Source of the DNA: Leptolyngbyaceae cyanobacterium
GTDB lineage: Bacteria; Cyanobacteriota; Cyanobacteriia; Phormidesmidales; Phormidesmidaceae
Reading direction: 5' to 3'
Length of the DNA stretch: 42,393 nt
Assembly: GCA_965263355.1 (NCBI GenBank)
Contig: CBDHHL010000008.1
Coordinates: 1-42,393 of the forward strand
The notes under the pieces are model-generated. The model ran no database searches. It was given only the letters and a program-made list of their open reading frames with translations, and was not told the DNA's origin. Below, in pieces: positions 9,657-17,447 of the stretch. A program made the position numbers and the translations under genes. The first letter of the stretch is position 1. Every line of letters begins with the position of its first letter.

Positions 9657-10650
9657 AGTTCCAGCGTGCCCTATAGCCACGGTTATCGTAATGGGTGAAA
9701 CTTGTGGCCGATGCAATGCCGTTATCTGCCAGCACTGAATTAACTACACGATAGTTAACCGTCGCTGGGCTGTGGCCAGCGATAGTGAAATCACACGCCC
9801 GCCCCTGACAGTGTTGAGATCGACTTGCACCGCCAACGCGGCGATTAGTGACCGGATCTCGATAGCCGCTATTGATTGTCATTGCGGCGTTTCCAAATAA
9901 ATTACGGATGATTTGAAGATCCTCTGCCAGGTTAACGAGCCGGATCGTAATATCACTATTCTCAGGGCATCGAAAGCTAGATCCGTCAAAGTGCAGCAAT
10001 TCATACCAAAAGATGTTAGGAGCTTTCTCTGCATGTACCGGGTCGTACATATTCAAAGCACTGATACCAGGAACTAGTCTGGTTATCCACGACCGTTGCT
10101 CCTTACGTTGCTCCGGATTGGTCGTTGGAGTGTCAGTCGGCTTATTGTCCGGCTCGCTCCCTATGATTTCAATGTGACCATCGTCGTCATCGTCTCCGAT
10201 AAAAGCCCACCAGACGCCGCGACCGTTGATCTCATTCTTAAGAGTGACCCTTACACACTTGCCTTCACGCTCGCCGATCTCCTCAAGAATTAGACTGGAA
10301 CCCTTCTCAAGATAAAGAACCTCATCAGGAGAGTGTTCGCTCGCCTGCCTGCGTGGGTCGGTTTTGAGTGCTGTCCTATGATTGACACGAAGCAGTTGAT
10401 CGAACGGCTCAAAATCGGGAGGAAAAACATACACGTCAGCCCCAACGGTTGGGTGAGGGTGATCAAGATGGGTCAAATACTTAATTCCGTCTGGCATTTC
10501 ATAGCCAGACATGTTAAAGGGTACTTCTGCCAATACGTCAAACTTATGATCATCGGGCTGCTCACTTGCTTGCCCTGGTCCTTTTGTTGCAACTGTCCGC
10601 TTGAGAGGCATTGCGAACAGCTGTTCTTGGATGAGATTGTATGTAGTCAT
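9646..10650 (-). CDS. Endolysin with C-terminal M15A-family Zn peptidase domain
   Basis: INSGYRDPVTNRRVGGASRSQH..GRACDF...FTHYDNRG; N-terminal region likely binds cell wall. Confidence 0.88.
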   Translation of the reverse strand: MTTYNLIQEQLFAMPLKRTVATKGPGQASEQPDDHKFDVLAEVPFNMSGYEMPDGIKYLTHLDHPHPTVGADVYVFPPDFEPFDQLLRVNHRTALKTDPRRQASEHSPDEVLYLEKGSSLILEEIGEREGKCVRVTLKNEINGRGVWWAFIGDDDDDGHIEIIGSEPDNKPTDTPTTNPEQRKEQRSWITRLVPGISALNMYDPVHAEKAPNIFWYELLHFDGSSFRCPENSDITIRLVNLAEDLQIIRNLFGNAAMTINSGYRDPVTNRRVGGASRSQHCQGRACDFTIAGHSPATVNYRVVNSVLADNGIASATSFTHYDNRGYRARWNYGF

Positions 10651-10737
10651 GATTCGCTGTTATTTTGGTCATTTGCTACCGACACACCCGCTTGAACTAT
10701 AGCAGCTCGGATGATTCGGAATTTTAATCCCCGAATC

Positions 10738-10790
10738 ATTAAAAGTTTTGCAGGGTAAGCCGACGCAACCTACCCTGCAAAACTTTTAAT
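10738..10790. repeat. Dispersed palindrome copy 1 (20-bp arms, 13-bp spacer)
   Basis: ATTAAAAGTTTTGCAGGGTA-agccgacgcaacc-TACCCTGCAAAACTTTTAAT; hairpin ATGATTCGG/CCGAATCAT directly left (10711-10739). Confidence 0.95.
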
Positions 10791-10850
10791 AATGATTGCT
10801 CTAATTTTCCAATGATAAGATTGCCATGGCTGAACAATCCTGAGAACCTT

Positions 10851-10875
10851 GGCGACTTCGGTCGCCTTTTTTTTT
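10851..10875 (+). terminator. Rho-independent terminator
   Basis: GGCGAC-TTCG-GTCGCC followed by T9 on the + strand. Confidence 0.8.
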
Positions 10876-10878
10876 GCG

Positions 10879-11325
10879 TTAGCAGTAGCCGTCAATGTTG
10901 TCGGCGATTAGTTTATCCCTCTGTCCTGCTCTGCCTACACTAACGATTTCTTGCACTGGGGCGTTGCCAGCTTGGTCACAGGGGAGTGTCACAGTGCCTG
11001 CAGCCAGCATTTTCAGCCAAGACAGAGCATCCTCGTAGCGCTGCCGCACGTCTTCTCTTGGTCTCAGCATGTCAAGAAAGTAGCGGGCAATATCTGCGGC
11101 TTTAGTCTGTAAGACGACTGGTGTTGTAGTCGTGGTCAGCGTCTTTAGATAGTCGGCATATTTGGCGCTCGCGTAGGAGCTGATCAAGTCCTCTGCTTTA
11201 TTGATATTGGCTTGGATGAGCGCTTCATTTGGCTTGGTCGCCTCAGGATGATGCAGTTGTGAAAGCTGCGTCATCTCTGTTGCTCCAAATAACTCAACCA
11301 TGCCCGCTGGGTCGACGAACGGCAT
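10879..11325 (-). CDS. Mu gp36 (DUF1320) head-tail adaptor
   Basis: ELFGATEMTQLS...AEDLISSY...ADIARYFL...VRQRYEDALSWLKMLAAG. Confidence 0.9.
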   Translation of the reverse strand: MPFVDPAGMVELFGATEMTQLSQLHHPEATKPNEALIQANINKAEDLISSYASAKYADYLKTLTTTTTPVVLQTKAADIARYFLDMLRPREDVRQRYEDALSWLKMLAAGTVTLPCDQAGNAPVQEIVSVGRAGQRDKLIADNIDGYC

Positions 11326-11326
11326 C

Positions 11327-11722
11327 TTATGCCCCCCTCAAAACTTCAATTTCCACATCCTGCTTAAGCGTAACCCCATCTACCGTAATAAATAAGAATA
11401 CAGAACGCATCATGATTTCACTGAGCTTGTCGCCTGGATCTGCTAACAACTGGGCAGTATCCGCAGCTGGAATTGTCCCGGTCCACCCACCGACCTGTCC
11501 ATTGACCACTAGAGTAGGAACCCAGTTAAGCGAATATCCCCCGACACCTATAGCTCTTGTCGCCGCGTGTTCAGACGTATAGCGAGAGTCAAGAAAATTA
11601 GCTTCCACTATCGCTGTGTCCGCTGGGATTGTCCCGTCCTCAGTAATTAGCCTAATTTGCAGTGACCACGGCTCGCCCGCAATCATGCCTAGTTTCGAAT
11701 CTGTCAATGTAATGTAGGGCAC
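11327..11722 (-). CDS. Hypothetical virion-associated protein
   Basis: 131-aa ORF in the late operon, beta-rich. Confidence 0.55.
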   Translation of the reverse strand: MPYITLTDSKLGMIAGEPWSLQIRLITEDGTIPADTAIVEANFLDSRYTSEHAATRAIGVGGYSLNWVPTLVVNGQVGGWTGTIPAADTAQLLADPGDKLSEIMMRSVFLFITVDGVTLKQDVEIEVLRGA

Positions 11723-11788
11723 TAGTATTCCTCCCTGTTGCCGTCCGTAAAGTAGGCGTAAGTTTAATTCTGGTTCCGTTTACCGACG

Positions 11789-12946
11789 TTAGTGTTCTAT
11801 AAGCTCGATGTGAGTCATATGATCGGGCTGACTGTCCGCTATCGATTTCGCTTGTTGCTCAATGAAGTCAGCATCAACAAATATGGGGCACGGCGCAATC
11901 TTGACTTCAAAGTTCATCAGCGCTTCATAAACCATCGGATTTATGCCCGTCTCAGCATTAATCAGTTCATCCAGAAAAACAAAGCTATTTAGGCATTGAT
12001 TGCCTTGATAGTGACTTCCACAGTCGCCCATAATCTTCGTGTGGCGTTCCCCAGCCATTACATTACGGACTACTTGAGCGGTCGTATCTTTTTCTGTATA
12101 TTCGCCCGCGTCACAGGAGAGCGCATTGCCAGCAAGCGTGTTGTTCTTTACGGTATTAATTCGGCTTCCCCCCTTAACAGTATTCAGGCCAATTCCAGAC
12201 TTGCCATTAAACACGCTGAGATTGTCTTTAATTAGTAGATTGCCCCGGTAGATGCCCGTGTCGTTCTGAAAGTGAATGCCGTTGCCTTCATCTAAGGCCA
12301 TGGTTGCGAAGCCCTTAGAGAACACTCGTGAGATTACATTGCATTGGTTTCCAAAAACCAGATTTTCAGAGATTTCATACAACGTTTCCGGCGGTCCTTT
12401 TGGCTGACTATTGGCAATGCCATGGCTGCCGCTAATCGAATACCAGCAATTATGATAAATGGCGTTGCCTTTGATCAGATGAGAGTGCCCATCTTTGTTG
12501 GATATTCCCGCCCCTGGAAAATGATGGATTTTACATCCCTGAATTCTGATATTTGAACAATTGTTTAGTGCGATGCCCCGTCCTGTTATTTGGATCGGCG
12601 TATCCTCCCACCATAGAGATAACGCATAGTCTAGGTCTAAATCCTGGCTATGACCTGCAAACTCTATATCACTGATATAAACGTGATTGGAGTTTTTTAT
12701 CGCTAAACCATTTACGTCGGATATGACCTTCACCGGACCATCGCCAAACGGCATTATCCTAATTGGAGCTTCGGCTGTTCCTTTTAGCCAGCTGGCAAAA
12801 AATGCGCTTCTACAGGTCCGTGCTTCCCATGCAGTGCTGTATTCCTCATGTTGATAAACGCCAGACTTTAGCAGGATACGATCGCCTGCCTCAGCAACTT
12901 TGAGTGCATTTTTGAATTGATCTGATGTCTCGATAATGAATCTCAT
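11789..12946 (-). CDS. Right-handed parallel beta-helix (pectate-lyase-like) protein, possible depolymerase
   Basis: ALKVAEAGDRILLKSGVY, GTAEAPIRI, and repeated I.NN/GNGI beta-helix turns. Confidence 0.8.
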   Translation of the reverse strand: MRFIIETSDQFKNALKVAEAGDRILLKSGVYQHEEYSTAWEARTCRSAFFASWLKGTAEAPIRIMPFGDGPVKVISDVNGLAIKNSNHVYISDIEFAGHSQDLDLDYALSLWWEDTPIQITGRGIALNNCSNIRIQGCKIHHFPGAGISNKDGHSHLIKGNAIYHNCWYSISGSHGIANSQPKGPPETLYEISENLVFGNQCNVISRVFSKGFATMALDEGNGIHFQNDTGIYRGNLLIKDNLSVFNGKSGIGLNTVKGGSRINTVKNNTLAGNALSCDAGEYTEKDTTAQVVRNVMAGERHTKIMGDCGSHYQGNQCLNSFVFLDELINAETGINPMVYEALMNFEVKIAPCPIFVDADFIEQQAKSIADSQPDHMTHIELIEH

Positions 12947-12954
12947 GATGATAG

Positions 12955-13584
12955 CTAATTCCCGAAAAATCCTGCGTTACTAGCATCAAACGCAAAAATA
13001 GGACTTGCCCTGATAGACTCAGCGACAGTCTCTTTATTTCTCATGACTCTATCGAAGCCAAAGGCCACATACCCAAATATATCGCCATTCTGAGCCAATA
13101 TAGGACAGGAGATAGTTAGCTGAATATTATTAGGCTCAAGTTGCTGTCTCAATAGGCCTGCTGGGAGATCCTGAGTAGGCTTAACCCAGCACTGGCCTAA
13201 CTTATGGTAATCGAGCTGTTCCAGATAGATATCCTCTTGCTGGATATCTAACCACCCGTAGGTAGCCGATACCGGAACCCCGATCCGTGCGATCGCAAAA
13301 CTAAAGCGCCGACGTTGGTCCTCGTCATATAGGAATGACCCGACCCATTGAGCGTCCAAACGATCCCCCATAGAGGTTATTACATCCTCAATTGATTGCT
13401 GATAAATAAGCCCTCTAGCGATGCCCTGCGCTATAGAACCAGGCGTCCTGATCTGAAGACAAACATCACTAAACTGAGTGTGCAAAAACCAGAACGATAT
13501 AAGACCAAAGCTTAGCCCTAGCAGGAGGCTAAGCAGCATCCGGCCTATCGAGCTACGGAAGAACGGAAATAGAGATCTAATCAT
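12955..13584 (-). CDS. Single-TM protein with GAF-like C-terminal domain; T4 T-like holin candidate
   Basis: N-terminal TM (aa ~16-34); ISCPILAQNGDIFGYVAFGF GAF-type hairpin; 209 aa. Confidence 0.6.
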   Translation of the reverse strand: MIRSLFPFFRSSIGRMLLSLLLGLSFGLISFWFLHTQFSDVCLQIRTPGSIAQGIARGLIYQQSIEDVITSMGDRLDAQWVGSFLYDEDQRRRFSFAIARIGVPVSATYGWLDIQQEDIYLEQLDYHKLGQCWVKPTQDLPAGLLRQQLEPNNIQLTISCPILAQNGDIFGYVAFGFDRVMRNKETVAESIRASPIFAFDASNAGFFGN

Positions 13585-14350
13585 TTTTACCTCTCGGCCC
13601 GCTATTAGCCTCAGGTTCTACTCTCTTGGCTACCGTATCCTTAGCCTTCGACACAATACCCACAGCTGCGCCCGTCGCATTAACGAGCGCTCCGATCACC
13701 AGGATGGTAACGTCTCGGCCAAAGCTCATTAGCTCGGTAGGTACCCGTCTAAAGATGCTTAGTACAAAGGGAGTCAAGTAGAAAAAAAGGCCCGCATATA
13801 TCAGCCATTTAACGACAAGTTCTTGAAGCTCAGATCGCCGCAATTGAACTTGCATATCTTCATTAGCAGAATTTAGCCGTCTGTTAGCGGATATCAAGTC
13901 CTCATTAGATTGTTCAAGTCTTACAATCAGCTCTCTCTCTTGTTGTTTTTGAGCCTCTATTCTTTTTTCTTGTTCAAGATACTCGGTTCTATCCCTTACG
14001 GCTTCCCCGACATAGGTTTTGCCCTCATGGGTAACGATAAACAGTTTCAGCCATATGGGGATCTGTCGTCCCGTTTTCGTTTTCCCTAGCAACGGGGCTT
14101 CCTTGCCCATTTCACGGGTACGCCTGCCCTGAATAAAGGCATCATATAGCCGGTCATGGACGGTCTCAGGAATAAGATCCTCAGGCACCAAAGCATAGAC
14201 CGGCAGCCCAACCATAGACGCTGGACTCTCGTATTCAAACAGCCTAGCAGCTGCAGGGTTTGCAAGGACGATAGTACGATCGGAATTGCCGAAAATAATG
14301 GGGTCAGGATTATTCTCAAATCCAGCTCTTGCTAACGCTGCGTCAGGCAT
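13577..14350 (-). CDS. FixL-like PAS domain + coiled coil + two TM helices
   Basis: FENNPDPII...IVLANPAAARLFEY...VG..V..LVP...HD...REMG...GKTKTG..IPI...VRDRTE PAS/PAC signature; ATG 14350 overlaps the upstream stop. Confidence 0.88.
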   Translation of the reverse strand: MPDAALARAGFENNPDPIIFGNSDRTIVLANPAAARLFEYESPASMVGLPVYALVPEDLIPETVHDRLYDAFIQGRRTREMGKEAPLLGKTKTGRQIPIWLKLFIVTHEGKTYVGEAVRDRTEYLEQEKRIEAQKQQERELIVRLEQSNEDLISANRRLNSANEDMQVQLRRSELQELVVKWLIYAGLFFYLTPFVLSIFRRVPTELMSFGRDVTILVIGALVNATGAAVGIVSKAKDTVAKRVEPEANSGPRGKND

Positions 14351-15315
14351 CAAATTAAACCATTTTCAGTCGCCCACGGAACTAAGTCTTGATGCGTCCC
14401 TGACGTTACAGTATTAACATAACTCATCCACTGAGCCATGATTCCTAAGAATGCAGTCGTCGAGCCGCCTGGTGGTACGGCTTCTGATGGCAATGATCCG
14501 GATTCCCAAGCGACAAGGTTTGAATAGATGTTTCGGATGGATTCCGCTAATGCTTTTTGATCAGCGTTTGCAGTGGGAGATTGTGAGATCGCATCCCAAT
14601 AATTTATTTCTTCTTGGATAGGAGAAGCCCCGACATAATCGCCACTATCAATGATCGCCTGGTTAGTGACTGCTGCACTGGTTAGCTTGTAAGTGATAGC
14701 CTCTGTTGGCTCAGTCGTAGGACTGGGGATTACTACAGGTTCGGATATTGCGGCTATTTCTTCGATTTTATATTTAAAGCAGCCAGCAATCTTGAACTGC
14801 CAATCTAGCCCCGCAAACCCTTCCAGCTCAACAGTTAAGGCTGTAATGTCCTGTGTCTCGATCGGATCAAACCCTTCCCCCATAGAGATTGTATCGTCAG
14901 ACCTTAGGACGGGCACTGATGGGTTTCGATAGACGGGAGTTATTCCGATGCCAGTCGCCCAGCCTTTCAGCTCATTGTCTGCTGAGATAGTTAGTTTATA
15001 AAACTTGGCTGAGTCCCAACCTCTATGATTAAGTCTTACAGGGGTTTCACTCTCGGTGCAGATCTTAAAAAAACTGCCATCCTCTGTAACTTCAACATTA
15101 GCTGGGTGATTCGGGCTGATGGTGCCAGGTCCAAAGCCCCAGTCAAAATCCCAAAAGTCTCCAGCAATGATGTTTTGCTGCACATCCGTAGCAGACGGGT
15201 TTGAACCGCCAAACAATAATGGAGCAAAAGTTGATTCCTCAGTGGCTGTCGGCGATCCCGTATTAGGGGCCACTGAGGCTATTAGTTTCCCCAGGTAACC
15301 AGCTTTACACGCCAA
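14350..15315 (-). CDS. Hypothetical structural/fibre-associated protein
   Basis: 321-aa ORF overlapping its neighbours in the late operon. Confidence 0.55.
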   Translation of the reverse strand: MACKAGYLGKLIASVAPNTGSPTATEESTFAPLLFGGSNPSATDVQQNIIAGDFWDFDWGFGPGTISPNHPANVEVTEDGSFFKICTESETPVRLNHRGWDSAKFYKLTISADNELKGWATGIGITPVYRNPSVPVLRSDDTISMGEGFDPIETQDITALTVELEGFAGLDWQFKIAGCFKYKIEEIAAISEPVVIPSPTTEPTEAITYKLTSAAVTNQAIIDSGDYVGASPIQEEINYWDAISQSPTANADQKALAESIRNIYSNLVAWESGSLPSEAVPPGGSTTAFLGIMAQWMSYVNTVTSGTHQDLVPWATENGLI

Positions 15316-17354
15316 TCATTCCCGACCCAACCATTCCCGACTGCCATGGAGATCCATAGCTCATGGATAAGATTGATCTCCAGTCTGTCTGTGGGGTCAA
15401 ACTCATACACTTTCAGCATTGCATACTCAACGTCCCCCGCTGCAGCGCCGCCGCCTGTATTAAATTGAAAATCAATTCCGGTAATCTGTCGCGTATCTCC
15501 TGCATCATACGCTATCGTCTCCATTCCCCAGGTGCCAGTGTTAAGAGCATCGCCGCCCCCAACGCTCTCTCTTGCCACTGGCGACGTTTGAATGACTCGC
15601 TTTCGCCCGCTAACGTTGGTCATTCGTATTTGACGAATATCAGACCTAGCATTAAACTGCCAACCTGCTATATCGTCTACTGCGTCGCCGTTCGCAATGG
15701 ATGGACCAAGGACTCCATTGCCCGTTTGGAAATTGAAAACCGTAATATCTCGAATGCCAGTAATAGCGCCAAGGGTAACTGTTAGGGAGACATCAGTAGC
15801 TGGGCTAACGGGGTTCTCAGTGACAACATTAACCACTTGGTACTGATTAACAATATCAAGACCCCCCAGTGTGGCCAGATTTGCGGGCACTGTTGCAACG
15901 CTTGCTATCTTTTGACCCGCTGGAACGGCGACACGGATGCTGTTAACGACGCCGTCAAATATCGTGTTTTCTGTGTCGCTTACTCTGTCAGGACTGCTTG
16001 CATGAATTGTGGAACCGGCTAGGGTTAGTGCCCTAGGCTCTTGCAGTCGGTCAATGGCTGCAACGCTGTAGCCTTGAGACTGCTCCACATAGCCCATTAA
16101 GCCCGAACCATTGATATTCGATCTGAAGCTCCCATAGGGTGAAAAGGCAATTTTTACGATGCCATCGCTTGGGACTGTGAACTCAGGAATAACAACAGCT
16201 TGATAAGAGTGCCGAGCCCCGCTCAATACCGTAGACTTCATCCATACTGCCCATGCTTCAGTGTCGGCTAAAGTTTCTGCGGCAGCATCATCAGCCGCTA
16301 TTGTTCTGTCGCCACCGGATAACACGTTGTCAGCGCTATTTAACGCGCCAACGACATATCCCACAGGAGCACTTGAGCTGTAGCCTAATGGGTGAATCGT
16401 TATGACGACTTTTGCCCCTGGGGTTAGGTTTAATTCCTTCGTGTATGTGTTGCTAGGTGCCCACGTCGTATCGGATGGTGCCACGTCCGCAGCGCCGGGA
16501 GCCATCTTAAAGCTGCTGCGTATCAGCTGATTATCAGGAGTGATACTCGACGGCGCGACTTGACCCGCAGATTCTCTAACCCATCCCGTACCATCGTTAT
16601 AAAGATTAAGTCCCTGAGACTCAGTTAAGCTTGCGTTTGTGTAAGTCGTCCCGTCGACAGTGACGACACTGTTTGGAGGAATGATCGCGTCAACTTTTTT
16701 AGCTGTATTTATATTTGTTGTTAGCGTATAAGTCCCACCAGCTGACAGATAGCCAATGGACGCATAGCCCAGCGTTGCACCGTCCAGCTGCTGAGTGATC
16801 TCTTTTCCGTCGTCCTCGGTAACAAACGTGTCCCAATCTGCCGCCACAAAAGGCCCCGGTGGATCAAGACTCGCCTTATTTGCTGTGTAAAGCGTGCCTC
16901 CTTGAAAAACCTGAGTGCCCGCGAGATAGCCACCCACTAGCGCTGGATCATATCCGCTAGGAATCTCTGGCAAAAGCATTGCCAGTTTGTCCTCTTGGGA
17001 GTCAGGAACCTCGTTTGCAGTAAACGCGTCAGAATGCCATCTGTTATCCTCTGTACTCCAACTTGCAAATGTCCGGGCAATAACACCCTCATTATTTACA
17101 ACATAACGCCTCTGTCCGCCTGTAGTTGGGTCTGCTTCAATTGCCCAGATCGCTCCATTACTGCTGACTACATAATCTCGATCTGTTGCTGCAATTATCA
17201 GCGTATTGCCGTTATTGGCTGTCGCTGGATAGGTAGCAGATATCGCAGCGATCGCAGCAGCGCTACCCGTGGCTGTAACCACCGTGCGATCTTGTGCCGT
17301 GGCTGCGAGTGTATCCGTGGATGAGGTTGGGGTTTGTCGTCTGATAATAGGCAT
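15282..17354 (-). CDS. Fibre/appendage-like protein
   Basis: 690 aa, Thr/Ala/Gly-rich; YLAGTQVFQGGTLYTA..W resembles a CBM5/12-type module. Confidence 0.6.
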   Translation of the reverse strand: MPIIRRQTPTSSTDTLAATAQDRTVVTATGSAAAIAAISATYPATANNGNTLIIAATDRDYVVSSNGAIWAIEADPTTGGQRRYVVNNEGVIARTFASWSTEDNRWHSDAFTANEVPDSQEDKLAMLLPEIPSGYDPALVGGYLAGTQVFQGGTLYTANKASLDPPGPFVAADWDTFVTEDDGKEITQQLDGATLGYASIGYLSAGGTYTLTTNINTAKKVDAIIPPNSVVTVDGTTYTNASLTESQGLNLYNDGTGWVRESAGQVAPSSITPDNQLIRSSFKMAPGAADVAPSDTTWAPSNTYTKELNLTPGAKVVITIHPLGYSSSAPVGYVVGALNSADNVLSGGDRTIAADDAAAETLADTEAWAVWMKSTVLSGARHSYQAVVIPEFTVPSDGIVKIAFSPYGSFRSNINGSGLMGYVEQSQGYSVAAIDRLQEPRALTLAGSTIHASSPDRVSDTENTIFDGVVNSIRVAVPAGQKIASVATVPANLATLGGLDIVNQYQVVNVVTENPVSPATDVSLTVTLGAITGIRDITVFNFQTGNGVLGPSIANGDAVDDIAGWQFNARSDIRQIRMTNVSGRKRVIQTSPVARESVGGGDALNTGTWGMETIAYDAGDTRQITGIDFQFNTGGGAAAGDVEYAMLKVYEFDPTDRLEINLIHELWISMAVGNGWVGNDWRVKLVTWGN

Positions 17355-17447
17355 TGTTTTATAGATTGTAATAAGACCCCTTAGTATTCCTTCGGAAAAT
17401 GGGTCCGTGAATAGCTCCGCTATCCCTGGTCCTGATACATTTTTGCT

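Noticed and set aside
13577..14350. PAS protein as a truncated histidine-kinase pseudogene
   Set aside because: The ORF is intact, coupled on both sides and ends in two TM helices, with no HisKA/HATPase remnant nearby
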